DNA of 64,000 bases from Conidiobolus incongruus B7586 (taxonomy: Eukaryota), in contig JNEM01013820.1 in the NCBI GenBank assembly GCA_000697335.1, positions 1-64,000 of the forward strand. Direction: 5' to 3'. Below are positions 1 through 13,900 of this stretch, in pieces. A program made the position numbers and the translations under genes. The notes beneath the pieces are model-generated. The model was not told the origin of the DNA and did not search any database. It was given only the letters and a program-made list of their open reading frames with translations. The first letter of the stretch is position 1, and each line of letters begins with the position of its first letter.

Positions 1-432
1 AAATTGTCCCAGACTGATCAATAGGAAAGTATGGTGACCAAATGAAAATAACTGTTGAAAGATGGATTTCATATGTCATTTAAACCATATGGGCTCAATT
101 GATTTATGTACTAGATGTTTCAAAATTCTTTTATATTTTTACTACTAGTATAAAAAAATACTAGGTGATCCTTGTTTTAAATCTTGAGCTTTAGTGCAAT
201 TGGTACAGATCTAGATATGCAAGAATAGTCAAGTTGAAAAAATATATTGGCATATATAATAGTTTATTTCGTGGAATAAGATATTCCATTAACTAAAGAA
301 ATGATAAATTTCAATTTATCACTTGTTAAAGGCCTTGTGAAATTCTGATATAAAAATCACTTCCACTCTAACACTTTATTTATGTCAATTTAACTATTAC
401 GCGATCATTTATTCTTAAAGTTTAATTGGTTC
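1..432. repeat. Left arm of a long inverted repeat (runs off the window start)
   Basis: 1-432 is the reverse complement of 6803-7234 (paired coordinates sum to 7235). Segments I checked were identical; identity stops at 433/6802. Confidence 0.95.
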
Positions 433-1413
433 AAAAAAGATACCTCAAATCCCAATTACTTTAATTTTTCTCATCAATACAATTCTGGTCTTTTCTTGAA
501 TGATGCATTATTTTTTATTTTGTGTATTTTGAGGTGATTTCGAAAATAAAGGGTTAATTAAAAAGGGTTTTTGATATAGAGATAAATGATTGCCATCGTT
601 TGAAGTGAGGAGATTTGAATCAATTTTTTTAATTCCATATTATAAAACAATATTAATCAAATTTTTAATTTTTTTCGAATCTACTATTCGATTAACAACC
701 AATTATGAAGAACAATTCCAATTCCAAATATTTTCCAAACAAAAATATTTGCAATTTAATAATAATCACTCAATATCCTTCAAGTTTAATGAATGTAATA
801 TATAATATTTGAAATAAAATTTATATTGACATTAAATAGAGTTTAAATAGAAATAACTAAACAAATCAATCGCTTCAGGATTAACTATTATTAATTCTGA
901 CAGAATTAGGGAGCTAATTGAATTTGAACTTTATTTAGTTGAGTTAAATTTGGTTTAACTTAGTAAAATATAATCCTTCTGTTTGAGTTTTTTTTTGCTT
1001 ATCTTAACTATGCAGCGTAAAATTAAATAAATTAATAAGTAAAATGTTTACAGATACCAAATATTTGATAAATTCAAAATCAAACAGAATATACCAATTT
1101 AAATAACTAAAATTTCATATTCATATTGAAGTTCTTACTTCAAATATCCGAATTGATGCAAAATTAAATTTTCAACCAAAATTTGCATTTCCCTTCCTCC
1201 TAAATTCCCATGACCAAATTTTGTGAGAGAATTGATTATTACTATGTTTTGATTTAAAGTGGAAATTGTGAATTATTTTCAAATTGTGGAGATTTAGATT
1301 TAGGGAAAAAATTTGGGAGAAAATAATAGATATTGATAAAATCTGAGTTACTCAAGTCACCAGGTGCAAATGCTTAGTTTGAGTGATGGCCACACCGTTA
1401 TGGGATTTATTAG

Positions 1414-1420
1414 TATATAA
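1414..1420 (+). promoter_or_regulatory. Candidate TATA box of the P5 ATPase gene
   Basis: TATATAA about 160 nt upstream of the ATG at 1576; weak evidence in an AT-rich genome. Confidence 0.25.
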
Positions 1421-1575
1421 GTACTGACCATGTCAGTTATGCGAAGGATTGCAATTATTTACAAAATTTAATAGGTTAATCGAATTGAATAATTTATCGA
1501 TTTAATTGATCTTTACTCTTTGTTTATATAATTTAAAATTTGTTTAATTGTGTAAATATAAAACTCAATTTGGAT

Positions 1576-4500
1576 ATGTCTTTTGGCTGGGTTGTGAGCG
1601 TTGCTACTCTCGTTTGTGGTTTAGTTGCTATTCCCTCTTTTAATACAGGTATGTTAATTCATCTCATCTGGTTAGTCTCCCTTTAACCCTTTTCCGTTTT
1701 TTAGTAAATGATTTCGATTTGAACGGTCAAGTATGTCCTTTGCAAACGCTTTGGGAAGCTGACTGTCCCCAGCTATGTGTCAAAGATATTGGGCAATGTC
1801 CCGAGGCTTTTCGACCAAGCTGTCCCGCGGGTAAAACTTATTGTGGGGATGGTGAGTGTCGCGAGTCCTGTAATGGTATCCTCTCCCTATGTGGATGTGG
1901 TGAATCATCCAATTATCTGCCATGTACACTCGGGATGAAGGCTACCGTTTACCAACTGGTACCAGCTAACAGGACCCAGATGGTCGAAGCTGCTTGTGCC
2001 AATAAATTCAAGCTGAAGGAGGATACCTGGGCCACTTGGTCAACGACTCCCACTACTGATTTTATGTGGTTACAGTGTCCCTTGCCTCCTGATCCGGTCA
2101 TTACCTTTACTGAGCCCATTTTCCTCGCTTTCTATGGTGTCGTCAGTATTCAGGCACTTTTGTTTTCACTTTGGTTTGGTTATAAGACTTATGCTGAGGC
2201 TACAGTACCTAGGCCTCCTCGCCCTCAAAGTAAAGCCAATGTGAAAAGCGATCAAGGATTATGGGAAAATGACAGTCAGGCTAGTGAGGATCAAAGTTTG
2301 CTTTTCCGTATGGAAGGATACAAAAACAACTTTGTTGGTACTATTCTTTACTTCAACACCCATCTTGTCTCAATCGCTTGGATATTAGTGCTAGCCATTA
2401 TTGTGGCCGATTACTACGCCGGGATCACTGGGGTTGCTTACGGCGTCTTCTTCACTTCTGATCTATCATCCAAGATTTTTGTGACCGTTTGGGTGTTCAC
2501 CACAGTTTGGTTAGTTATTAACAATTTCTACCAGGATCGAATGAGAAATGCCTTTAGAATTAGATGTCCCACTCAGGATGCTGATGTGATTCAAATTGAA
2601 AGAAAGCCCGACAGTGTTGTGATGATGGAGAATGAACCTCAATGGCTTACTAACTTCAAGCAACTTCATCACAAGGTTACTACTACTTTGGGATCTGATC
2701 TTCAAGTGCATACCTCCCAGATCAAACACACTCACTCTGGTAGAAAGTACTTTGACTTCCGCTGCTCAAGATACCTCTTTAATGAAACCACCTATCATTT
2801 CGAACCCCACAATGCTAACATCGCATCAAATCACAGCGAATTGCTAGACAGGATCGAAGGTTTGGATACTAAGACCGCTCAAAACGAATTGGAGCTATTC
2901 GGTCCCAATTTCATACCAGTGTACATCCCTCCCATCTGGCGCGCCTTTATTCGCGAATTCTCGGAATTCTTCTACCTCTACCAGATGATGTGTCTCTGGA
3001 TTTGGTACTACTTTGCCTACTACCAAATGGGTTTAGTCCAAACTTGTGTGATTTTAGTCTCTGCCACAATTCGTGTTTACTTAAGAGTCAAATCCGAAAA
3101 ACATATCAAATCTTTGGCTGAATACAGCTCATCAGTCGAAGTTAAGAGAGATGGCAAATGGATTAAAATTAATTCCAAGGAGTTGGTGCCAGGTGATGTA
3201 TTTGCCGTTGAAGATAAGCAAACTATTCCATGTGATTCCGTTTTGCTTCAGGGTGAAGTTATCGTTGATGAAAGTATGTTAACTGGCGAAGCTATGCCTG
3301 TCAGAAAGCTTCCTATCCCCAGAGATCGCGCTGTATATCACAAAGGATCCTCTGGCAAGGTCAACACTTTGGTTTCTGGTACATCCGCTTTACAGGTGAA
3401 TGCTGGCGAAGATGCCAAGCAATCTCGCGCCATTGCCCTCTGTTTGGCAACTGGTATTAATACTGACAAGGGTCACTTGGTCCAAAGAATTTTATTCCCC
3501 TCTGAAATTTCTTTCGTCTTCAATGATCATTTGAAACTCGTCGTCTTGATCTTGTTAGGTTGGGGTATTATTGGGTTTGCTTTGTCACTGTACTTCATGG
3601 GACGCGGTGATATTACTTCCTGGTTCTACGGTATGTTTGTTATCAGTCAGATCATGAGCCCTCTCCTTCCCTCCGCTCTCGTGTGTGGTCAATCTGTCGC
3701 TGCTGGTAGACTTAGAAAGGAACACAATATCAATTGCGTTGATTTACCCAGAATTATGGTTGCTGGTAAGGTCAAGACTTTTTGTTTCGATAAAACCGGT
3801 ACTTTGACGAAAGAAGGTTTGAATCTCCAAGGATTCTTGCCCAATATTTTGCCTACCATGCCTGACACCGATGCCAAGTTCCAGAGCGAACAAGTTGGTA
3901 GCACGGATTTATTGCAACTCCCCAGACTCACTCAGATGGGTCTCGCTTCTTGCCACACCGTCACTGTATTGGATGGTGAATACATTGGTAATCCTGTTGA
4001 TGTCGAATTGGTCAAGTGGACCCAGTGGGACTTCCAAGAAACTGATCCTAACTCCAGCTACTTGAACACCTTTGTTCCACGTTCCAAGGATAGCGATGGT
4101 CCTATCCACGTCGTTCAGCGATTCCCATTCGTTCATGCCAGAGCCACTATGTCTGTCTTGATTTTGGACCCTTCCACTAGCCACTACCACATCTACGTTA
4201 AGGGTTCTTTCGAAAAGATTGTCCAATTATCCAACTCTGACTCTGTCCCCTCCAACTTCAGCTCAGTGACCAATGACCTCGCCAAACAAGGTTGCTACGT
4301 TTTAGGTCTTGGACACCGCGACTTAGGTCCCTTGAACCCAGAAGCATTGGAAAGGGTATTAGCCATGTCTCGCGACGAAATTGAAACTGAATTGAATTTG
4401 TTGGGATTGATCTCGTTCCGTAACGAATTGAAGCCCGATACGATCCAAGCTATTGACATGTTGCATCGTGGTGGTACTAAGACTGTCATGATCACTGGTG

Positions 4501-5855
4501 ATAATGCCTATACTGGTATCTACATTGCTAGAACCTGTGGTATGGTTGCCCCCGGCGCCAAGGTATATCTCGCTCACTCCGTCACTAACTCTAGTGCTGT
4601 TGCTACTCTTGTTTGGACCGATGTCGATACTGACACTGAAATTGATTTCTCTAAGCTTAAAAGTCAACTCAATTCTGATTCCACTCCCATTCAACTTGCT
4701 ATGACTGGTGCCGCTTTCGACCATTTGAACAGCATTCGCGAATTAGATGGTATACTCGATCACTGCAAGATCTTTGCCAGAATGACTCCTGAAGGCAAGG
4801 TCCAATGTGTTGAACAATTCATGGCTCGCTCCGTTACCGGTATGTGTGGTGACGGTGGTAACGACTGTGGTGCTCTCCGTGCTGCTCACGTCGGTATTGC
4901 TCTCTCCGAAGCCGAAGCCTCCGTGGTCTCACCCTTCAGTGCCAAGGACCGTTCCGTCATGTCCTGCGTCAACCTCTTACGTCATGGTAGAACTGCCCTT
5001 GCATCGTCATTTGCCGCATACAAATTCTTAATCCTGTATGGTGAAATTATGGCTTGGTTAGAATTGACTCAATTCTACTTCTCTGTCGTGGTCAATCAAA
5101 ACATTTGGATTATGGTTGATGGTTTCGTGACCGTCAGTATGATGGCATGTATTGCTTTAGCTCGTCCCGCTAAAGACTTGTCATCCACTAGGCCTACTGC
5201 AAAGTTGTTGGGAGCTCAGACCATCGTATCCGCAGTGTCTCAAGTATTCTTTAATTCACTTACATTAGTAATTGCTATTGTTTTATTGTTCAGACAGCCT
5301 TGGTACAAGTGTAACGAATTTGATGCCAGTGCCATCGACTCCGCCAAATGGTGGTTATTGGGAGACAACTACGAAGCTGAAATCATCGGTTTAGTCTGCT
5401 TGTACCAATTCGTCAACGCCGCCGCAGTCTTTAACTTCGGCCACCGCTACAGAGCGTCATGGTGGCGCAACTATCCTCTTGTTTTCTGCTATGTCGTCTA
5501 CATGGCCATCATCTTCGTACTCACTCTAGCCAACCCCAACCCATTCTCATGCATTTTCCGCGTCAACTGCGGTACTTCGTCAGTTTTGAGCGAATTACTC
5601 AAGTACCCCCTACCCAATTGGACCATCCAGGACTACAACAACCCCATTGGTCACAATGTTATGCCCATGGATTTCCGATGGAAGTTGTTTGCTCTCTGTG
5701 TCTCCAACTGTCTCATCAATCTCATCATTGAATACTTTGTCATTCTCAAATTCGACAATATTTACAGGTGGATGGGATTCAATGACAATAAGGCGCCAGT
5801 CAAAGACACCCCGAGTGAAGATCACTTAATTATTGAAGAAAAGATCAAAAATTAA
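1576..5855 (+). CDS. P5-type (ATP13A/P5B-like) P-type ATPase with N-terminal signal peptide and Cys-rich extracellular domain; exons 1576-1648 and 1705-5855
   Basis: DKTGTLT phosphorylation motif, LVPGD, PCD, DESMLTGEA, MITGDN, FARMTPEGK, GMCGDGGNDCGAL. Exon 1 (MSFGWVVSVATLVCGLVAIPSFNT) joins the 1378-aa ORF in frame through a GT-AG intron at 1649-1704. Confidence 0.93.
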
Positions 5856-6802
5856 TATTATTTAATCATTAACTAACCCCAATTAATCATTGTTGTTTAT
5901 ATAAATTAAAAATATACTGAACTGAGTTTAGGTTTTCAATATCAGAACTCTCTGATATAAAAAATTGTTCTAAAAGAATAAACTTTTTATTTAATGTTTT
6001 TAATAATATGATTTAGTTATTTTATTTAGGTAATAATAAAAATTTAAATTTTAATAGAACAAATTTATTCAATAAAATATGAATCGCATTAAAGATTGAA
6101 AAATATTTATTTGGAAACAGAGAAAATTATCTTAATAATTAGAAAGTATGACCAGAATTTGGTGATAAGATTATTTATCAAAATATTTGCGATTATATTT
6201 TCAAATTTTGGCAATATTTCCTGTGGATCAAATTCTAATACTATGCAAAATATTTTTATTCAATAATCAATTCATTTCAGTCCATTCCCTAATTTCTCAA
6301 TTGATTAAAATCCCAAATGTTTTATTAATCCAAAAGTAACTTCCTTTAATGATGAAAATTACTATATCAAATATTTTAATATTGATATTATTGATCGTTG
6401 GAACTATTATTTCAATTAGGATTTCGTTCATCTTTATCGAACGTATAAACTTGGAGGAATCAATAATTGGGAATTACAATTATGATATAAACTGACAAGG
6501 TGCTACTTGATTTTTATATCCAAATTCTACTTCTATAATTGTTAAATATTTTTGCTTTGAAATATTTTTAAAAAAAGAATGAGTATGACATATGAATTAA
6601 ATTTTATAAATTTGAAAGTTAATTACTTATTCCATTATATTGACCCATTTCAATTATTTCAATATAAATATTATTTTAAATTTTTATTTTAATCAATTTG
6701 AATCAATTTTCATAAGAAATAATATCACACAAAATATGTGAAATATTAAATTATTATTATGAGAAAAATTATTTCAAGTGGATATTAAGTCATCTCTTAC
6801 AA

Positions 6803-7234
6803 GAACCAATTAAACTTTAAGAATAAATGATCGCGTAATAGTTAAATTGACATAAATAAAGTGTTAGAGTGGAAGTGATTTTTATATCAGAATTTCACAA
6901 GGCCTTTAACAAGTGATAAATTGAAATTTATCATTTCTTTAGTTAATGGAATATCTTATTCCACGAAATAAACTATTATATATGCCAATATATTTTTTCA
7001 ACTTGACTATTCTTGCATATCTAGATCTGTACCAATTGCACTAAAGCTCAAGATTTAAAACAAGGATCACCTAGTATTTTTTTATACTAGTAGTAAAAAT
7101 ATAAAAGAATTTTGAAACATCTAGTACATAAATCAATTGAGCCCATATGGTTTAAATGACATATGAAATCCATCTTTCAACAGTTATTTTCATTTGGTCA
7201 CCATACTTTCCTATTGATCAGTCTGGGACAATTT
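6803..7234. repeat. Right arm of the long inverted repeat
   Basis: Reverse complement of 1-432; may extend past 7234 to match sequence left of the window. Confidence 0.95.
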
Positions 7235-9215
7235 AGAACACTTGCAAATAATCCGACTTCCTGATCGGCAATTTATTATGCTATATTGTATGAGACTATT
7301 GTGATTTTATTGAGTTCCAAAAATTTTAAAAAATGAAACCAACACCTAATGAAGTATTAGTATTCTTCTTTATTAGTATCACTTTTCTATACTATGAACT
7401 CAGACTGCATCATAACGTAAACCACCTGTAAAAGTATTTTTGAATTTTTAGATTACTTTGGATTACTGAGTTGATTTTCTATTTCCTGCGGTCATAACTC
7501 TGGTCAAATGTTGGAAAAATCTTTGAGAATCAATGGTTATTGGCTCTAGCTATAAATAGAAGGGCTTCAAATTGTTATTTAAGTTCAATAGTAATGCTTA
7601 TAATATCTATTCTATTTATTTTTTTGACTTAAGTTTAAATTGAATTATATGTTATACTTATGTAAATTTACCAAATTATTCAATTACTTTACTTGGTCAC
7701 TTGGATTTTCTTTCCAAATTATAAAATTTAATTAAAACTATTAATTTGAATTAATTAAGGAAATTAAAAATCTATAATATTTGTTAATAAGTTCAATTAA
7801 TTATAAATATTAATTATTAATTTTAAAGAATTATTTTTAAATATATTATTTTATTTTAAATAAAAAGATTTTAATATCATAATCAATTGAGGGAGCTTTT
7901 GATCCCTTGATTCCTAATTCAGCACTTATATTTCAACTTTAAACAATCTTTTAAATTATTAATATATAATAATTAATAATTAATTGATTTGTGTTATTAT
8001 TTAAAATCTATTTTTAATTAGTGAGATTTGAATATAAACACTAAGGTTTAAATCCCATTAATTATAAACGATTCAAAATTCATTAAATTTGATATAAAAA
8101 TTTAATATTAATATTGAATTTTTTGATTATTACAAGAATTAATCCTGAATCTATAATATCCTTTAAGGTATTATAATAAAGTGTATATTTTATAACATAT
8201 TATAAATAATTTGAAAGTATTTAATAGAAATTTAATAGGTATTGATAAATCTTGATCATATCTATTAATAACTTTATTTTTTAATATAATACATCATTGA
8301 TTGACAAAAATCTTGTGTTTGGAGATATATATTTTTTAATTTTGAATTAAATATAATAATAATTATTACTATTATCTAAAAATAACAATATATAATTTAT
8401 TTTATTATATATTAAATTTAAGCTATATATAAGTATATGCTGAATTATATATTATTTTATTTTCATTTTGTTTCCGAATATTTGTTCATTGTTTACCCAG
8501 TTAGGAAAGTTTACCCAATTCAACAATTTGGTTTCATAAAAAAATTAGTTATATCCCAACAAAATTATCTCCGCTTATTTCAATTTTATTCTAATGATAG
8601 TTAAAGGTAATATCCAAATATGTTAGATTAATATAATTTTATGATAAGCAATTGGAATAAACATTCAAGTATTACTACCAGATATTGAATCTAATATGAA
8701 TTTTTATTAGATTGAATAATTTATATATTGAAAAGATTGTAAAGTTGAAATATATAGTGATTTTTGAATAAATTTCCATTGACATTAATAAAGTTATCAA
8801 TTTAACATAATTTTTAAAATTAATATTCTAAAATTGATAAAGTATCCAATTTAATTGTGAATATTTTTCCACTACATAATTCAAGAAATGAAATGGATCC
8901 AAGAATATAGTCGACAATATTAAATATTACTTCCACAATCCACTTCATCTTGAAGAAAGCTTCAAGCTTTCCTATCATTCAAAATTATAAAATTAATCCA
9001 AATATTTAATATAATCCCTACTATAGACACTTTATAAAATCACCAGGTATCAGATATCCCATTTAATTATTTAAAAATGAAATTCAATTAATCTCTCATG
9101 ATTTCATAATTGCATCATAATTAGAAAAAAATTTAATATAATATTGATTTAGAAAACTAATATTTATTGAATGATACATTAATGAAATCATTAAAAATAT
9201 TTAATAAATTCAAAT

Positions 9216-9783
9216 TTAGGATAAGTGATGTATATCGGATTTAAAATTGGATATTTGAATGTAGGTGTCAACTACCTCTAAGATCCGCCAATGAGGAGCT
9301 GAAGAATTCACCACGAAGTCATCACATTGATGTATAAGGATTCCCCAACTCATTAGTAGACACAAACGCATTATCCAGCGATTACTTCCTGTAGTTAACC
9401 AAGTTCCTCCCCAGCTAACCATTACACATAGCAGGACAAATGTTAATTTGAATACTGATGTCTGAGGTGACTCTGCGAGGGGAACTTCTTTGAATGTTAC
9501 AGGAGATAAAATAGAACGTAACAGTACCATAATGATAGCTAATTAATGTGAATAAAATATTATAACTCTGAGGAACTTATTTATTAATTATTAGATCTGT
9601 TAAAGGAATGACCAGAATAGCTTATCTAGCTATTCTGATGTGTTCTCTTATACTTCTTTTGGCCTTCTTTGTCTTCTTTGTCTTCTTTGTCCTTTTGTCT
9701 TGTAGTGATTATTTCAAGGGAAGTGGAACTTTAAATGTTCCTATTATATCCTATTTTAGGTAATGTCACGTTGACTCGTGACA
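9216..9783 (-). mobile_element. Possible LTR plus short internal remnant of a retroelement
   Basis: Island richer in GC than its flanks. On the minus strand it starts TGTCAC (9783), has TATAAG and AATAAA, and ends ...ATCA shortly before TGGTAC (PBS-like, ~9529). No recognisable coding motif. Confidence 0.3.
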
Positions 9784-10908
9784 GTAGGATAATAAAATAA
9801 ATTAGGTAAAAATTTATAAATATTTATTTAATGAATATATGATTAACTTAAAAATTAATTTTTTAATTTTAATATTAAAAAAAAGTATTAAAATTATATC
9901 TTATATACTATATTTTATAAATTTTATATTATATAGTATTAATATAATTATAATTATCTGTTTTTTTCAATTAATCTTAGAATTTCAATGAAAATTAAAT
10001 AATGTGAATGAGATTCAGGAGAATGAAACTTTAATAAATTCTCAATTAAATTACGTTCAATTTCTTTCAATTTTTGCTATTTAGAATTTTTATTTGTGAT
10101 ATAGAACAACAAAACTGTTATAACTGGGATATTTCTTTTTTTTAGAATTTGGATTTAATAATTTTAAAATTAATACAAATTAGATATTGTTATTTTGTTA
10201 GAATTAATAAATAATTTTTGATATTATCTATTATATCCCAAACAATATACAAAATATATTTCCAAATTAGTTACCTTATTAAGATAAATATAATACCCTA
10301 TATCTTTTTATATATTAACTAGATACCCTTAGGTCATAATCAAAATAAATCTAGAACCACAAAGCGTTCGAAATTACAGTGTATATTATAAAATAAATTA
10401 ACTGTTAGAATTGATATAAAATTATACATATTAATGTTAGTTAATTTAGGTACTGGATAAAATTAATATAAATACTTGATATATTCTATATAATATTATT
10501 GTTAAGTATTTTCCAACGCTTTATATTCAAAAAATTATTTAATTATAATATTTTTAATCAAATTTAGTTTAATATTGTATAATAATTAGTATTATTTAAT
10601 TTGTTACTTACTTTTTTCAATTGTACTTTGACTATATATATATATATATATATGTATAATCCTAAAATCAAATACATCTGTTAATAATAACAACCGCCAG
10701 TTTATATTTATAAAATATATTTTTGCGAGTATATGTTAATATAATCTCGTAATTATAATTGAAATAGAAAAGCATTATGATATTATTATAATTACAATGA
10801 TTATTAATTTAAATATTAAATATGACCCATTTTTTATTCCAATAAATTATATTATTATTTTCCTATAAATTACTCCTAAATTCTAGACTTCAATTTTAAA
10901 AAAACATT

Positions 10909-10911
<3 letters not shown>

Positions 10912-10939
<28 letters not shown>
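10912..10939. repeat. (TA)n microsatellite
   Basis: Uninterrupted AT dinucleotide run. Confidence 0.9.
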
Positions 10940-10943
<4 letters not shown>

Positions 10944-13900
10944 TATAAATTTTATGAATTATTTATTGAATATTCCAAACTTTTCCTCGTTTTGGTAAAT
11001 TGATGTTAGGTATCAAAGATATGATATACTAATTAAAAAAGGAGGCTATATATTTAGCTACAATAATAATTTTTTTTTAGTAAATGATTGACATAAAATT
11101 TGTTTCTCTATTTTCATTCAAAGTCGATATATAAATAAACAATCTTTCACCCTTATTATTCTATATAAATATTGTTTAATTTTGTCATATTGTGCACTTG
11201 AAATAAAATATATTAGAGTTATGTAATTAAATTATATTGAGTGCTTCAAAAACTATTTATTTATACAGTGAAGCTAAAGATATTAGCAGTGATAATTTAA
11301 TTGTCTAAATTAATTGGGCAAAATTATTCAATATATTTTCCTTAAATTAAAAATTTTAGTTATTTTAATAATTTCAAAATAAAAAAAAATTATATTGAAT
11401 TTATAATATAATTCAAATCTTATATAATTATTCCACTTAAATTATTTCTGTATTGCTTTTATGAATTCTATAATATTTTTTGCGTTTATAATTATTTCGA
11501 TATATTAAATATGTATATTATATTCAAGTACTTCAATAGCCTATGGAGTTGACTTTGTCAGTTGATTGATAATTATAAGCTTGTCTACAACAAAATTAAA
11601 ACCTGGGAAACTTGGCAGGGATAGTGTTTAGTGAATATATATATATATGAAATGAACACTGGTAATAAGAACCAAGGCTAAGGTGATTCTGAGGTTAAAA
11701 GCAATTAGAACCATGAACATAGTAAACCAGAAATAATTTTGAAATATATTTGTTTTATATTTTATTATCAAGTATATTGTTTATCAACTGCGGCTGAAAT
11801 ACTCCAAAAGATATACAATTTGCGAATGATATACTATATAAGAATCAAAATTGAACAACTTAATAAATATATTCTAATTAAATAATATATTATAGGAGTT
11901 TTTATACATTTAATGCTGAAAATCATCATTTCTTGTATTTATCCTTAATATATTCAAGGTTTGATAGTTTGGGCTCATAAATAATAACTATCAAAACTAA
12001 TCTAAACTATCAAGAGGCTGTATATATATTTATTTTATGCGACACTAATCTTAATAATCAAATATATTTTCCAAATAGAATGTTTTACTCCAACTATGAA
12101 ATATTACATCAAGTGTATTTTTAGTGGTTTAATGACAAGATTTTATTCAATAACCATAATAGAATAACTATTACTTATAAAAACTTGTGAACTATTGAAT
12201 AATTTCTAAAATATCAAACCTTAAAATATGGTAGTTTATTAGTATTATAATTTGTCTCATTTCATTTGACCTAAAGAAATTTGTTTGAATTTTTTTCGAT
12301 CTAAAATCTACTACATATCATGAACCCAAATTCTCGATCTGATGTGATTGTCAACAGTTGAAACTTACATTTATCTGTTTTAATGTAAATTTTTTAAAAT
12401 TAAATGAAAATATTAATTTTATTTTATTTTCACAATATCAATCCAAAAGATCTTAATTTTTTGTATTGTATTATAAAAATATACCTTTTCTAGATAATTA
12501 TATCATTTAGGTTCAATTTTATTATTGGTCAAAAGTATCCTATTATTTTTATAAAATTTTATATTTAATTATTTGTAATAAACTATCATAATAAAAAAAA
12601 TAAAATATAATTATCAATATGTCAATCTATTATATCCATTTTTCTAAAAATATGTTTTTATTATTGAATTATAGTAATACATGTTATCAACTTTTTTCAT
12701 TTCATTGATTTGAATACAAAAAATATTTCATATTTGTGGTTCTAAATATTTGGCTCAATGTTATTATTCAATCGATACAATTAATCGAATTTAATGAACC
12801 AAATATTAACATTATCAAAATATATTAATGTATTTGATTATAAAATATGGCTAAGTGAAACACCAAGTAACATTTTACTCATAATTGACCAAATATTTAA
12901 TTTTAATATAGAGTTTATTAAAAGAAGTGGTATGACTTGAGGAAAGGAGAAACATCCTGCCTTATTCGTGATCTTGGACTTCCTCTCCCGTTTTTAGTCA
13001 GTATAGTTATTGAAATAATAGTTATTAAAAATTTACACCATCCATTGATTGGCTATTCCAATTTCCGTATTACTCTTTCAATATTATATTAGAACTACTT
13101 TCCTCATATTAATCAAATTTTAATATAATTATCCAATCTTTTTATTACTTTTCAAATTTAAGAAAAAATTTCAAAATATTTTTAAACAATTAAGTCAATT
13201 TTAATAATTTCCGGACAAAATATTGAGTTAGAGAGTAAGTTTTGTATTTATTATAATGAAAAAAATGGCTGATGCATGATTATAAATATTATATTAATAT
13301 TGTTTTTTTAATGTTTTGATTAATAAATATAATTTATCTAAAATATTTAAAAAATAATATCCCTTAAAAAATCTAAACTTAGATTATAATAATTTAAATA
13401 AGTTCAAATAATTTGAAATTTATTAATTCAAATTTTGAAAATCTAATAATTAAATTACAATTAAAAATTGTAATATAAAAAAAGAAAATGTTTTAAGTGT
13501 GAAATATAAGTAAATAAAAAATTATTATATAAAAAGTTAAATGTATATTTAATTCATATTACCTAAAATTATATCTAATAATATAAATTAAAGATATCAC
13601 TTTTTTATTCAAAATTCTACTTTGATCAATTTCCCGAATTAAGTAAAATTTTGTTCAATTATATTCAAAAGTATTTCTTTCCACTTATTCTCTCAAAAAT
13701 TAATATAAAAAAATTATTTAAAATATTTGAAACATTAAAAAAAGTACTTTTTTTTAAAAAATTATTTATATTATACATTTAGAAAATTATATCTAAAATT
13801 AGTTAATATTATAGATTATAACACATTTTAAAAATTACTAATCTTGGAAAAATCCGAGCTATATTTATTCAAATGGGACTCAAATATAATGAGGAGGAAG

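Noticed and set aside
2511..5829. Many short ORFs overlapping the ATPase on both strands
   Set aside because: Shadow ORFs of a GC-richer coding region; no motifs or independent signals.
6803..7560. Minus-strand peptide-like fragments (TGGLRYDAV, IADQEVGLFASVL) in and beyond the inverted-repeat arm
   Set aside because: Possibly a decayed gene, but broken by stops and not assignable to a family by eye.
9216..9530. 104-aa minus-strand ORF
   Set aside because: No recognisable domain; more likely incidental to the LTR-like island.
11530..11990. Hydrophobic minus-strand fragments resembling a decayed membrane-protein gene
   Set aside because: Too degraded to support a call without a search.
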